From an uncultured Candidatus Saccharibacteria bacterium (lineage in GTDB: Bacteria; Patescibacteriota; Minisyncoccia; Phycocordibacterales; UBA918), in contig CAYGTV010000002.1 in NCBI GenBank assembly GCA_964353135.1, forward strand, positions 169,122 to 233,121: a stretch of 64,000 bases of DNA, read 5' to 3'. This document shows positions 46,154 to 56,006 of the stretch, piece by piece; position 1 is the first letter of the stretch, and each line of letters opens with the position of its first letter. Made by a program: the position numbers and the translations under genes. Below the pieces are notes generated by a model. It was not told where the DNA came from. It did not search any database and saw only the letters and a program-made list of their open reading frames with translations.

Positions 46154-48178
46154 CTACTTTTTATTAAATAGTTTTGATACGCCAAGTGAGGCGATGAAAA
46201 TAAATGTTGCGAGAATTAGAAATTCGGTTTGCAGAATACTGAAACTAAAACCGTTCTGAATGAATTGTTCCAGGTCGAGTGATGCTCCGATTGAAACAAA
46301 GGTCGCGGTTCCCAAAATGATTCCAAAGAACGTCGCGATCGTGAACGGTACAAATGGAACCCGGAGAATCCCGGCTGCATAGCTAACTAGGTCAAACGGT
46401 AGGAAAATCAGACGCATGGTCAGCATACTTGTAAACGTGTTTTCTCGCAGAGCTGTAACCCAATTCCCCAGAGCACTATTTTCTAACTTCAGACCCTTAC
46501 CAAAAAAGCGACCAACTGCGTACGCGACACCAGCTGCAAGTGTTGCTGCGATAACAGTGAGAACCGTTCCCCAGATCAAGCCAAAGAAAACACCAGACAA
46601 AATAGTCAGCGCAGTAGCAGGGAAGAAGGTCACTGGACGAATGGCGTACAGGGCGATGTATACCAACGGTCCCCAAATAGTCATGGTGATAAATTCAAAC
46701 AAACGCACCGATGTTTCGGTGTTAGTCAGGCCAGTAGTTATTTGATATTGATTGAGTGCAAAGAGAGTCCCGACCCAAATAGCAGCTGCGATGATTTTTG
46801 GTGATTGTCTTTTGAGGGCTTTTTTTAGATCAACTTTCAGGTCACTAATTTGTCGGCCGACAAATTGATCGGCGGCTTTTTTTACAATTAAACTGTAGGT
46901 AGGGTAAGCAAAAATTGTTTTCTGCAATTTCAAAAGAGAAATATTTTGATCAATTGCCAGTGTAAAGACATTAAGGATTTCGCCAGCCGCTGGTCCAGCT
47001 ATATGAGCGCCCAAAACTTTTCCGCTAATCCGTTTTGCAATCACTACCAATACTCCATTTGTGGCGTCGTCGGTTTTGGCTCGGTCATTGTGTGCGAACG
47101 GAACTTCGATGCGCATGATTCGGTCCGCTCCATATTGATCAATCGCATCATGGAAGTGAAGTCCGACCTGGGCAATTTCTGGCGTTGTGTAGGTGACTTT
47201 GGGAACTGATTTGTTTGTATTAATTTTCAAAAAACCTTTACTAGTTACGCGGGTAACTACTTGTCGCGCGATGTCGTTCGCCATATGGGTGAACTTTAGT
47301 CGCTGCGCAACATCACCAACTGCGTACACTCGTTTATTGTTTGTTTGAAACTGACTGTTTACAGTTACTCCGTATTGGGAAGATTCAATTCCAGCTGACT
47401 CTAACCCGGCCGGAATATTCGGTACTCGACCGATTGCGATCAGAACTTTGTCGAACTCAACTGTGAAACTGTGTTCTGTTTGTTCACTTCGCATCTGATC
47501 AAAATGTGCGACATTTCCTTCGACCTTTTTAATTGCCGCACCGGTATGAATTGTAATCCCAAGTCCTTCAAACGTCTGCCGGATGATCGGTTGAATCGCT
47601 TTGTCTTCTAGTCGGGCGAACTGCTCACCTTGTTCGGCTATGGTCACCTGCGAGCCTAACATCGTAAACGCCTGGGCCATCTCCATCCCGATTGGTCCGC
47701 CACCGATGATCAGTAGTTTTTCAGGAACATCTTGTAGGTTAAAAATATTTTGGTTGGTCAGAATATAATCCTCGCTTAGTCCATCAATCTCAACCATGCG
47801 TGGACTGGAACCAGTTGCAATGACGGCAGTTTTGAATGTGTAGGTGGTATCCAAAACGGTGATTGAATGTTTGCTGGCAAACGTTGCCTCCCCCATCACG
47901 ACATCGATACCCAGGTTTTGAAATGTTTCCGGGGTTTCTTCTGCGAGGATACTATCAACCACGTTTCGCACATATGAAAATGCGTCGGATCCAGACATGC
48001 CTTTTTTGGCAGCGTGTAACAATGCTTTGCTTGGGACGCAACCGGTGTTGGTACATTCACCACCCATGTGTTCACGCTCTACGAGTAGAACTTTTTTACC
48101 AACTTTGAAAAAACCAACCGCCGCCGTGAGTCCGCCTGATCCGGCGCCGATAACAACTACATCGTACTGAGTCTTCAT
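46154..48178 (-). CDS. FAD-dependent pyridine-nucleotide-disulfide oxidoreductase fused to a C-terminal DedA/TVP38-family membrane domain
   Basis: N-terminus: GAGSGG FAD motif plus redox-active disulfide TNTGCVPSK (Lpd/MerA/glutathione-reductase class) and a C-terminal dimerisation region. The C-terminal ~200 aa is polytopic, resembling DedA. Confidence 0.75.
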   Translation of the reverse strand: MKTQYDVVVIGAGSGGLTAAVGFFKVGKKVLLVEREHMGGECTNTGCVPSKALLHAAKKGMSGSDAFSYVRNVVDSILAEETPETFQNLGIDVVMGEATFASKHSITVLDTTYTFKTAVIATGSSPRMVEIDGLSEDYILTNQNIFNLQDVPEKLLIIGGGPIGMEMAQAFTMLGSQVTIAEQGEQFARLEDKAIQPIIRQTFEGLGITIHTGAAIKKVEGNVAHFDQMRSEQTEHSFTVEFDKVLIAIGRVPNIPAGLESAGIESSQYGVTVNSQFQTNNKRVYAVGDVAQRLKFTHMANDIARQVVTRVTSKGFLKINTNKSVPKVTYTTPEIAQVGLHFHDAIDQYGADRIMRIEVPFAHNDRAKTDDATNGVLVVIAKRISGKVLGAHIAGPAAGEILNVFTLAIDQNISLLKLQKTIFAYPTYSLIVKKAADQFVGRQISDLKVDLKKALKRQSPKIIAAAIWVGTLFALNQYQITTGLTNTETSVRLFEFITMTIWGPLVYIALYAIRPVTFFPATALTILSGVFFGLIWGTVLTVIAATLAAGVAYAVGRFFGKGLKLENSALGNWVTALRENTFTSMLTMRLIFLPFDLVSYAAGILRVPFVPFTIATFFGIILGTATFVSIGASLDLEQFIQNGFSFSILQTEFLILATFIFIASLGVSKLFNKK

Positions 48179-48243
48179 AAAATAAAAATAGTCACTTAGT
48201 GTTTTAAGTATATACGAATGCGTAACATTTTTGTTTCATATAA

Positions 48244-48272
48244 AAGACCCCGCCACTGAATGATGGCGGGGC
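48244..48272 (-). terminator. Intrinsic terminator for ORF 48292-48612 (ccccgcc...ggcgggg followed by tcttttat on the minus strand)
   Basis: Seen in the sequence. Confidence 0.55.
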
Positions 48273-48291
48273 CGGGGACAGATGTCCGATG

Positions 48292-48612
48292 TTACTTTGT
48301 TGCGGCCTGATTGGCTTGCAGTGCCAGCACTTCTTGCATCATAGCACTGCTGATTGCCACAGTCATGCTGTAGTCATCTGCCACTTCAAAGCTGATGATG
48401 CGAACACCAGCGGCGGTTTCCTTGACCATTGCCATCCGTGTTTCTGGCACGGCTGTGCAAGGAATTTCAACGTCAACTGCTTCGATCGACAAGCAGTCAC
48501 TACCTGCCCAGTACAGGTCAAACGGGTCGCGTAGCTCATTGATCGACTCTGCCCCAGCTTGTGTTGCAAGCAAGGCAGTCACGGTGATAGCTGAAAAGAT
48601 CGTTGGTCGCAT
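48292..48612 (-). CDS. Small secreted protein (signal peptide ...TQAGA/ES)
   Basis: 106 aa with an N-terminal Sec signal. Confidence 0.45.
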   Translation of the reverse strand: MRPTIFSAITVTALLATQAGAESINELRDPFDLYWAGSDCLSIEAVDVEIPCTAVPETRMAMVKETAAGVRIISFEVADDYSMTVAISSAMMQEVLALQANQAATK

Positions 48613-48843
48613 GGGGGGTCTCCTTTAATGCGTTGCGCAGGCAGTATGCCGTGGCATGTCTAATTTAATAACATTAAAATTTAACTATGTCAAATAAAAT
48701 GCCTCTGTTTTGCGTTGCGTAAGAGTGGTAATTCCTATATAGTAGCGCCATCTTGCCTTCGGGCTTTTTCTCATCTACTCCTAGCACGAGCTGAACGAGA
48801 AGGGATTTATTAAAATTTATACATATATAAGTACAAGCATTTT

Positions 48844-51015
48844 ATGGCACGAGCATTTCCAATCGAACGACTACGAAACTTTGGTATCGTAGCGCACGTT
48901 GACGCCGGAAAGACTACGACTTCAGAACGTATTCTTTTCTACACCGGTATGTCACACAAAATCGGTGAGGTTCACGACGGTGCAACCGTTACTGACTGGA
49001 TGGAACAAGAACGAGAGCGAGGGATTACAATTACCGCCGCGGCGATTTCTTGTAACTGGGCAAAAACCCTTGAAACTGATCGAAAGAACAAAGCTAATCA
49101 GTTCACGTTTAACATTATCGACACACCAGGTCACATCGACTTTACCGCTGAAGTAAAGCGATCGATGCGTGTGCTCGACGGAGCGGTAGTGGTGTTTGAC
49201 GGTGCAGCCGGAGTAGAGCCGCAAACTGAAACAAACTGGGGCTACGCTGACGAGGCTGAAGTGCCACGAATTTGTTTTGTAAACAAAATGGACAAACTGG
49301 GAGCGGACTTTGACGCTGCAGTAAAATCAATCCACGAACGACTGTCTCCAAAAGCAGTTCGAATTCAGCTTCCGATCGGAGCTGAAAACGATATGTCGGG
49401 AGTAGTCGACTTGATCACTATGAAGGCGTACCGATTTGCTGGTGAAATGGGAATGGATGTAACCGAAGAAGAGATCCCAGCTAACATGGTAGAGGACGCC
49501 ACAAAATGGCGAGCAGAACTGATTGAAAAAGTGGTTGAACATGACGACGTAATGATGGAAGCCTACTTTGGTGGGGAAGAGCCAACTATTGAAGCGCTCA
49601 AAGCAACGCTTCGAAAAGCTGTTCTAGCAAACGAAATCTTCCCAATCATGACCGGTACTGCACTGCAGAACATCGGTGTACAGCTCGTGCTAGATGCAGT
49701 GGTAGATTACCTACCAGCGCCAACTGACCTACCAGACACACACGGAACCAACCCTGACGATGAGGAAAAAGTTGAAACAAGGAAGCCTTCAGACGAAGAG
49801 CCAATGGCTTCACTAGTATTTAAACTACAAGACGACAAGTTTGTTGGACAGCTGGCATTTTTCCGAGTGTACTCAGGAAAGGTGACGTCTGGAACCTATA
49901 TCCTCAACTCAAGTACTGGAAACAAAGAACGAATCGGGCGAATCGTACGATTGATGGCTGACAAGCGAGAAGAAGTGGACGAAGTGTACGCTGGAGAAAT
50001 TGCCGCAGCGGTAGGAATTAAAGAGGTAAAAACTTCACACACCCTGTGTGACCTCAATGCACCGATCCTACTGGAAACCATTACCTTCCCAGCGCCTGTG
50101 GTTGCGGTGCGAGTAGAACCAAAAACTAAGAACGACCAAGAAAAAATGGGAGTAGCGCTTAAGCGACTATCAGACGAAGACCCGACGTTTACCGTTTCAA
50201 CTGACGAAGAAACACTTGAAACCATCATCGCTGGTATGGGTGAACTTCACCTCGACATCCTCGTAGATCGAATGAAACGAGAATTTGGAGTAGAAGCAAA
50301 CATCGGTGCACCTCAAGTAGCGTACCGAGAAACCATCCAAGGAACAGCTTCAGCTGATCACAAGTACGCCAAGCAGTCAGGTGGACGTGGACAGTACGGT
50401 CACGTGAAAATCAACATCAAGCCACTTGAACCTCAGGTGCTTGATGAAAATGGAGATCCAGTAAAAGCGGCAAAAAACATCGTTCGCGAGGATCACTTTG
50501 AGTTCATCAACAACATTAAGGGAGGAGTTATTCCACAGGAATATATCCCAGCCGTGATGAAGGGATGTAAAGAAGCAATGACGCGAGGATTCGTGGCGGG
50601 ATACAAAATGGAAGACGTATCAGTTGAATTATTTGACGGATCATTCCACGATGTTGACTCGAGTGAAATCGCCTTCAAACTAGCTGGTATCAATGCCTTT
50701 AAAGAAGCCGCAGCGCGAGCAAACCCAGTTATCCTGGAACCGATTATGAAAGTTGAAGTACGAACCCCAGAAGAATATATGGGAGATATCCAAGGAAACA
50801 TCTCGAGTAAACGAGGACAACTAGAAGGAACCACCGAAGTAGGAGGCAAGACAGTAGTTAACGCCCAAATCCCACTGTCAGAAATGTTTGGTTACACCAA
50901 CACATTGCGATCAATGACCCAGGGTCGAGCGTCGATGACAATGGAGTTTGATCACTACGCAGTGGTACCACCAAACGTAGCAGAGGACATCAAGAAAGCG
51001 CGGGGAGTAAACTAG
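48844..51015 (+). CDS. fusA: Elongation factor G
   Basis: G1-G5 motifs ([18 protein letters not shown]) and domains II-V. 723 aa. Confidence 0.95.
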   Translation: MARAFPIERLRNFGIVAHVDAGKTTTSERILFYTGMSHKIGEVHDGATVTDWMEQERERGITITAAAISCNWAKTLETDRKNKANQFTFNIIDTPGHIDFTAEVKRSMRVLDGAVVVFDGAAGVEPQTETNWGYADEAEVPRICFVNKMDKLGADFDAAVKSIHERLSPKAVRIQLPIGAENDMSGVVDLITMKAYRFAGEMGMDVTEEEIPANMVEDATKWRAELIEKVVEHDDVMMEAYFGGEEPTIEALKATLRKAVLANEIFPIMTGTALQNIGVQLVLDAVVDYLPAPTDLPDTHGTNPDDEEKVETRKPSDEEPMASLVFKLQDDKFVGQLAFFRVYSGKVTSGTYILNSSTGNKERIGRIVRLMADKREEVDEVYAGEIAAAVGIKEVKTSHTLCDLNAPILLETITFPAPVVAVRVEPKTKNDQEKMGVALKRLSDEDPTFTVSTDEETLETIIAGMGELHLDILVDRMKREFGVEANIGAPQVAYRETIQGTASADHKYAKQSGGRGQYGHVKINIKPLEPQVLDENGDPVKAAKNIVREDHFEFINNIKGGVIPQEYIPAVMKGCKEAMTRGFVAGYKMEDVSVELFDGSFHDVDSSEIAFKLAGINAFKEAAARANPVILEPIMKVEVRTPEEYMGDIQGNISSKRGQLEGTTEVGGKTVVNAQIPLSEMFGYTNTLRSMTQGRASMTMEFDHYAVVPPNVAEDIKKARGVN

Positions 51016-51039
51016 TCAACTGACTCAGCTCCTACAAGG

Positions 51040-51090
51040 AAAAACAAACAAACAGCGATCGCATGTGTGATCGCTGTTTGTTTGTGCACA
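51040..51090 (+). terminator. Hairpin terminator after fusA (aaacaaacagcgatc gcatgtgt gatcgctgtttgttt plus gtgcacaag)
   Basis: 15-bp stem. The same tail motif (gtttgtgcaca) recurs after the next gene at 53262-53310. Confidence 0.55.
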
Positions 51091-51133
51091 AGCAGTGTCT
51101 ATATGGTGGTGACTTGGTATTATGAAAGTACGT

Positions 51134-53248
51134 ATGAAAAATATCGTCTCTATTATTGCTTTACTAGTTATCGCTACCTTTGTGCTGCCAGCAAACGTTA
51201 CTGCCAGCGGACTGACCTCTCCGGCTGAACTCGAAGGCTTTGCCTGGAGCGGCTACACAAACCCATCAACTGGCGCGCTTGAGGGTGTCGGCTGGATTTC
51301 CATGAACTGTTCAAACGACGGTCCAGGTGCTTGTGCTACCTCTGATTACAAAGTCCAGATTAATCCCGATGGTTCAGTCACAGGCTATGGCTGGTCACCA
51401 AACGTCGGTTGGATTAAATTTGGCGGTTTGTCTGCATTCCCAACGAGTGGTAATGCTACTGTCCAACAAAATGTAACTGCTGTAGGCACTGTTTCAGATA
51501 CAACCGACTTTACCCTTGAAGGCTGGGCTCGAGTTTGTTCCGCAACTGTCGGAGGCGACTGTTCGTCTATGACGACCGACCCTAATGCTGGTGGCTGGGA
51601 TGGTTGGATTTCTATGAGTGGGGAAACTGAGCCATCTGCCCGACCATCAAACGGTGCCTATGACATTCTTCAGTTTACCTCGACTGGCAATAACATCACC
51701 CTAACTGGTAGCGGTTGGCCAAGATCAATATTATACAATGCTGACGGTACAGTACTTTACATGGTGAAAGGAGGAGGGGTTTCAGACACTTATATTATGG
51801 AGTACTCACTATCAACTCCTTATGATGCGTTGACAGCTGTAGAAGTTGGTCCTGTTTTGACATATGCTGGTGTGGTAGACGGTACTTTTATAACAGGCCA
51901 GCCAGAAGGTATTGGAGAAATTTCATTTAATAACGACGGGACGATTTTATACAGTATAAATGCAACCAGTCCCGGGGTGCTTGCTCATCAGCTTGCGGTA
52001 CCGTATGACATTTCTTCTGCTGGCTCACCAGTAACCGTTTTGAATTTAAGTTCATACGATAACATCCCGCGGGATATGGAATTTGATAACAACGGAGATG
52101 TTTTGTATATCTTGGGAGAAAGTAATGATCAGATTTATCTCTTTGATCTAAGTACTCCGTTTGATGTGAGTTCAGCTACTTACAATCAGGTAGCACTAAA
52201 CCTTTCCGCTTTGGATATTGCTGGTAGTGGTTTTGTAACAGGGATACTTTTTAATGACGATGGCACTAAACTGTTTATTTCTGGATTTACTTTCTCACAA
52301 AGCTATGTGTACAGTTATACTCTTGGTTCTGCGTATGACATCACTACGGCTACAGGACCAGTAGGGTTTATAAATTACTCGGTAGGGATAGTCGACATGT
52401 TGTTTAATAACACCGGTACAAAGATGTACGGTTCTGATATCTTTACAAAACGTATACGAGAGTATGAGATTAATTCTCCGGTCACACCCCCGTCCTCACC
52501 CTACGGTATCACCTTTACAAACGGCGAAGCAACAGCTGACTCATTTGCTTGGGGTGGGCCAAACACTATGGGTTGGATCGACTTTTCTCCGGTTGGGACC
52601 ACACCAGTAACGGTGAAACCTCCAGTAGTGGCAGACATCGTAATCAATGGAGTTGGTTTTATACCGGGCACAATCCAGCCTGATGGTACATACGACGTCG
52701 TCACCCTTACTCCAGACGTAACCGGTATCCCAGATGGTGTACCAGTAGATTGGGATCTGTTTGTTGGCGGTCTGCCGGTTGCGGATGGTACTGTCACCGG
52801 AAACGGTCTCAACCCAACCTACGACCGGGCAATTGAACTGACCAGCGTCCCTGCCGGTACGCCGCTAGCAATACGATTTGAGGTTGATATGCCAGTAGCT
52901 GACAGTCAGGTTACTGAAACCAACGAGATAAATCAAAGGAACTTTACCTTAAACTTATCGTACCCACCTCCAGTAATCACCTTTAGTGGTCCACAAGTCA
53001 TCAGATCCGGGGAGCAAGCAGACATAACAGTTACGGTCACAGCTCCGTATGATGTGACGTGTACGTTTGCCGGACCTGGTTTCCCTAGTCCAAGCACAAT
53101 TGCAGTCAGTGGTGGTACAGGAACCGCTACCGAACGATCGAGCCCTCTACAAAACGCCACTCGATTTGAGGTTAGCTGTACGCCAGGAACAGATGTCTAT
53201 ACAGAGGTGTACCAAGTTGAAGTGATCCCAACCTTCCAAGAGATCTAA
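51134..53248 (+). CDS. Large secreted protein, paralog A (704 aa; Trp-rich GWI repeats plus internal beta-propeller-like repeats; ends ...IPTFQEI)
   Basis: Signal peptide. The N-terminal ~170 aa and C-terminal ~110 aa align with ORF 53350-54582. The middle holds roughly six or seven repeats of the (D/N)G(T/D)(V/I/K)L(Y/F) type (DGTVLYMV, DGTILYSI, NGDVLYIL, DGTKLFIS, TGTKMYGS). Confidence 0.65.
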   Translation: MKNIVSIIALLVIATFVLPANVTASGLTSPAELEGFAWSGYTNPSTGALEGVGWISMNCSNDGPGACATSDYKVQINPDGSVTGYGWSPNVGWIKFGGLSAFPTSGNATVQQNVTAVGTVSDTTDFTLEGWARVCSATVGGDCSSMTTDPNAGGWDGWISMSGETEPSARPSNGAYDILQFTSTGNNITLTGSGWPRSILYNADGTVLYMVKGGGVSDTYIMEYSLSTPYDALTAVEVGPVLTYAGVVDGTFITGQPEGIGEISFNNDGTILYSINATSPGVLAHQLAVPYDISSAGSPVTVLNLSSYDNIPRDMEFDNNGDVLYILGESNDQIYLFDLSTPFDVSSATYNQVALNLSALDIAGSGFVTGILFNDDGTKLFISGFTFSQSYVYSYTLGSAYDITTATGPVGFINYSVGIVDMLFNNTGTKMYGSDIFTKRIREYEINSPVTPPSSPYGITFTNGEATADSFAWGGPNTMGWIDFSPVGTTPVTVKPPVVADIVINGVGFIPGTIQPDGTYDVVTLTPDVTGIPDGVPVDWDLFVGGLPVADGTVTGNGLNPTYDRAIELTSVPAGTPLAIRFEVDMPVADSQVTETNEINQRNFTLNLSYPPPVITFSGPQVIRSGEQADITVTVTAPYDVTCTFAGPGFPSPSTIAVSGGTGTATERSSPLQNATRFEVSCTPGTDVYTEVYQVEVIPTFQEI

Positions 53249-53261
53249 AAATCTAAAAAAT

Positions 53262-53310
53262 AAACAACTAGTGGCCGCGTATGCGGCCACTAGTTGTTTG
53301 TGCACAAACA
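53262..53310 (+). terminator. Hairpin terminator (aaacaactagtggccgc gtat gcggccactagttgttt plus gtgcacaaac)
   Basis: 17-bp stem with the same gtttgtgcaca tail as the fusA terminator. Confidence 0.55.
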
Positions 53311-53349
53311 CATCTCGGTAGCTAGTATCTTGCTACTATATAGATACGT

Positions 53350-54582
53350 ATGAAAAATATTGTCTTAGTAGTCGCTTTATTATTTGCTGGCGCATGTGCA
53401 CTCCCAGCGTCAGTCAGCGCAACTGGAAGCACTGCTCCAATTGAATTAGAAGGCTTCGCTTGGTCGCCAAACGCAGGCTGGATTTCAATGAACTGTGCGA
53501 ACGATGGCCTTAGTGGTTGTACCACTTCAGATTATCGAGTGTATATTGAGACTGATGGGTCAGTTAAGGGCTGGGCGTGGTCATCAATTTTAGGTTGGAT
53601 TTTATTTGATGCCACTGGCCCGTACCCAAGTGGTCTATCTACCTTTGGTGATAGTGTTGGGGCGGTTGGAACATACCCTAACCTAGCGCTACGTGGCTGG
53701 GCACGGGCGTGTGCTGGTGCTGCAGATGATTTCACCTGCTCAGGTGGAATGAAAGCTAATACTGGTGGCTGGGATGGCTGGATTTCCTTTTCAGGTTCTG
53801 AATCAACCACCGGTGGAAGTTACGGTGTGACATTTGTTAACGGTGAAGCGACAGCAAACTCGTTTGCGTGGGGTGGACCAATCACAATGGGATGGATAGA
53901 TTTCTCGCCTGACGCCAGTTCAGGTCCAGCCATTCCTCCAGTATCACTCGTTCCGACCGTAGACATCACTATTCCTTCGGTTTCCTTTACTCCTGGAATA
54001 CCTGATTTGGGTGGCTATTATGATGCCGTAGCATTTTCACCAACTATACTAGGTATTCCTCTAGGTGAAACTGTAAATTGGACCATTACAGTTGGTGGAC
54101 TCACTGCCAATGGTACAGTTACTCAAACATCATCTGGTCCTGATTTCAGTCCAGTACCTTCTCTAGCTAGTGTTCCGTTTAACGTTACCGACCCACTGGT
54201 GTTTGAGGTAGATATGCCAGAACCAGGAGCAGTACGAGAAACCAACGAAACTAACGTCTTTGTTGACAACCTATTCTCGCTACCACTTCCGCCTCCGACT
54301 ATGTCAATTACCGGACCAGAGGTTGTTCGGGCTGGAGAGACGGCAGAAGTGAGTTGGGAAGTGTCCGCACCATACCCGGTTACTTGTACAGTGCAAGGGC
54401 CAGGTATAAACGAGACACTGATAATCGCTGGGTCACTTGGGTCGCCAGATCCCCAATCAGGAACTAGAGCGTCTGCTCCACTGCAAAATGCCTCTACGTT
54501 TGTTGTGAGCTGCGTGGTTGGCTCAGACACATACACCGAGACCTATGAAGTAGAAGTAATTCCAACCTTCCAGGAAATTTAA
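53350..54582 (+). CDS. Secreted protein, paralog B (410 aa; same family as 51134-53248, lacking the propeller insert; ends ...IPTFQEI)
   Basis: Shared motifs: ELEGFAWS, GWISMNC.NDG, TSDY(K/R)V, LRGWAR.C, GGWDGWIS, FAWGGP.TMGWIDFSP, and the C-terminal Y.EVIPTFQEI. Confidence 0.65.
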   Translation: MKNIVLVVALLFAGACALPASVSATGSTAPIELEGFAWSPNAGWISMNCANDGLSGCTTSDYRVYIETDGSVKGWAWSSILGWILFDATGPYPSGLSTFGDSVGAVGTYPNLALRGWARACAGAADDFTCSGGMKANTGGWDGWISFSGSESTTGGSYGVTFVNGEATANSFAWGGPITMGWIDFSPDASSGPAIPPVSLVPTVDITIPSVSFTPGIPDLGGYYDAVAFSPTILGIPLGETVNWTITVGGLTANGTVTQTSSGPDFSPVPSLASVPFNVTDPLVFEVDMPEPGAVRETNETNVFVDNLFSLPLPPPTMSITGPEVVRAGETAEVSWEVSAPYPVTCTVQGPGINETLIIAGSLGSPDPQSGTRASAPLQNASTFVVSCVVGSDTYTETYEVEVIPTFQEI

Positions 54583-54600
54583 AAACCTAATCAAAGTACT

Positions 54601-54867
54601 ATGAAGCACTCAAAACATCTCACAGTCTTTGTCTCACTATTGCTAAGTATGCTGCTGGCAGGAGCCATAGCCTACCTATATTTAGTGTACGTGGGTGCAA
54701 GTGTAGAGGATGCTGACACTGTCTCAGATGCTGAAACTAATGTCTCAGGCCAAGCTGCAGTAACACAAGAAGCAATCATGAGGTTGCAAACACCGTCTCC
54801 TGGCACCGGTATGAGTGAAGAAGAAAAACAAGCTGCCATAGATCGGTTACAAGAACCAAGTCTATAA
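54601..54867 (+). CDS. Module 1 small membrane-anchored repeat protein (88 aa)
   Basis: MKHSKHLTVFVSLLLSMLLAGAIAYLYL TM anchor, then an acidic spacer, then two E-A-I-x-R-L-Q-x-P-S repeats. Paralogs at 57786 and 59155. Confidence 0.55.
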   Translation: MKHSKHLTVFVSLLLSMLLAGAIAYLYLVYVGASVEDADTVSDAETNVSGQAAVTQEAIMRLQTPSPGTGMSEEEKQAAIDRLQEPSL

Positions 54868-54946
54868 ATGTCGAGTACGACAACAGTGTAAAACTGGCTC
54901 GTGCGATAGTAAAAAAAGGTATTATAAAAACAGTTACTAAAACATT

Positions 54947-55741
54947 ATGCAAACACTTGTAAACACAACCAAATACATCGGCCTACTAGCAGTAGCTCTT
55001 ACTGTAGCATTAGCTGCCAACCTGACCTATGCACAATGGGTAGACCCAGATGGTATGCCTCCGGCAAACAACCCAGAACCCCCAATTAACATTTCAGGTG
55101 ACTACCAAGCAAAGCTTGGTGATCTCGGAGCGATACGTATGAGATCTGATGAGTACTGCGACGCCACCGGTGCTAACTGTTGGAACCCGTCATCTGGTAG
55201 TGGTCCAACTGGTCCCGGGGGAGACGTAGTTGTGGTTGCTGGGAGGTGTTATGCGCCACTAGACAACGTTACTGTTGACGGTGTGGTACGGAACATTATT
55301 GCTGAAGTAGCATGTGATCCACAAGAGTGTCAAGTTGAGTTTGTTACCCGAGCTAGAAATGACCGCAATACCGACATTCGAACTATTCGACAAACTTCAC
55401 CGAGTGGTCGGGCAGCAGTCTACTTCTGGCAACATAGTGATGACAATCCGCCGGGAGTGTTTGGTACTGCTAGCACCGAAATGCTAGCAGACGATGCGTG
55501 GGGGTCTTCATGGAACGACAGATCAGAACGTATCAGGGTGTATTACATGGATGATACGAAAGAATCACGATACGGAGTTACACTCCGTGGCTATGCAAAC
55601 CGAAGTGACAATCACACAGAATATGGATCGTTTCGTCTGAGGCCGGGTGAGACTACATCTATTGTTGGGCTGCAAGATGGTGCTGTATCTGCTGGATACG
55701 CCCAAGCAAGCGCACGAGTACTAAGTTGCGTTTCGATCTAA
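54947..55741 (+). CDS. Module 1 secreted Cys-rich protein (264 aa)
   Basis: The N-terminus (K-Y-I-G plus a hydrophobic stretch ...TYA/QW) and the mature start QWVDP...PINISG.YQAKLGDLG...RMRSDEYCD are conserved with 58132 and 59533. Six Cys. Confidence 0.6.
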   Translation: MQTLVNTTKYIGLLAVALTVALAANLTYAQWVDPDGMPPANNPEPPINISGDYQAKLGDLGAIRMRSDEYCDATGANCWNPSSGSGPTGPGGDVVVVAGRCYAPLDNVTVDGVVRNIIAEVACDPQECQVEFVTRARNDRNTDIRTIRQTSPSGRAAVYFWQHSDDNPPGVFGTASTEMLADDAWGSSWNDRSERIRVYYMDDTKESRYGVTLRGYANRSDNHTEYGSFRLRPGETTSIVGLQDGAVSAGYAQASARVLSCVSI

Positions 55742-55767
55742 ACTGCAAAGACAGAAATAACTGTTAA

Positions 55768-55800
55768 CAAACCGCTCGGTATGAGCGGTTTGTTCTTGCA
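55768..55800 (+). terminator. Intrinsic terminator (aacaaaccgctc ggtat gagcggtttgtt cttg)
   Basis: After the module 1 Cys-rich gene and ahead of the tuf promoter region. Confidence 0.65.
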
Positions 55801-55830
55801 TAATTTATCTAGTTTGGTACGATAGCCCCA
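55796..55830 (+). promoter_or_regulatory. Candidate promoter for tuf (TTGCAT, 16 bp, TACGAT)
   Basis: Pattern match only. It is followed by a 170-nt leader containing small inverted repeats. Confidence 0.2.
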
Positions 55831-56006
55831 CTGCATACAGAGTATCTGTTTGTGGAGCGAAATATATATATCTGCTCTTTCACACGTTTCTTGGTTTGTA
55901 CCAGTTACGCAGCGTTCTCGCGCCGTAACTTGTGCAAGTACAAGAGCTCACGTCTTTTGGCGATTGTGTGCGGTAACCTTATTATTCAATACTAATTTGT
56001 ATTATT

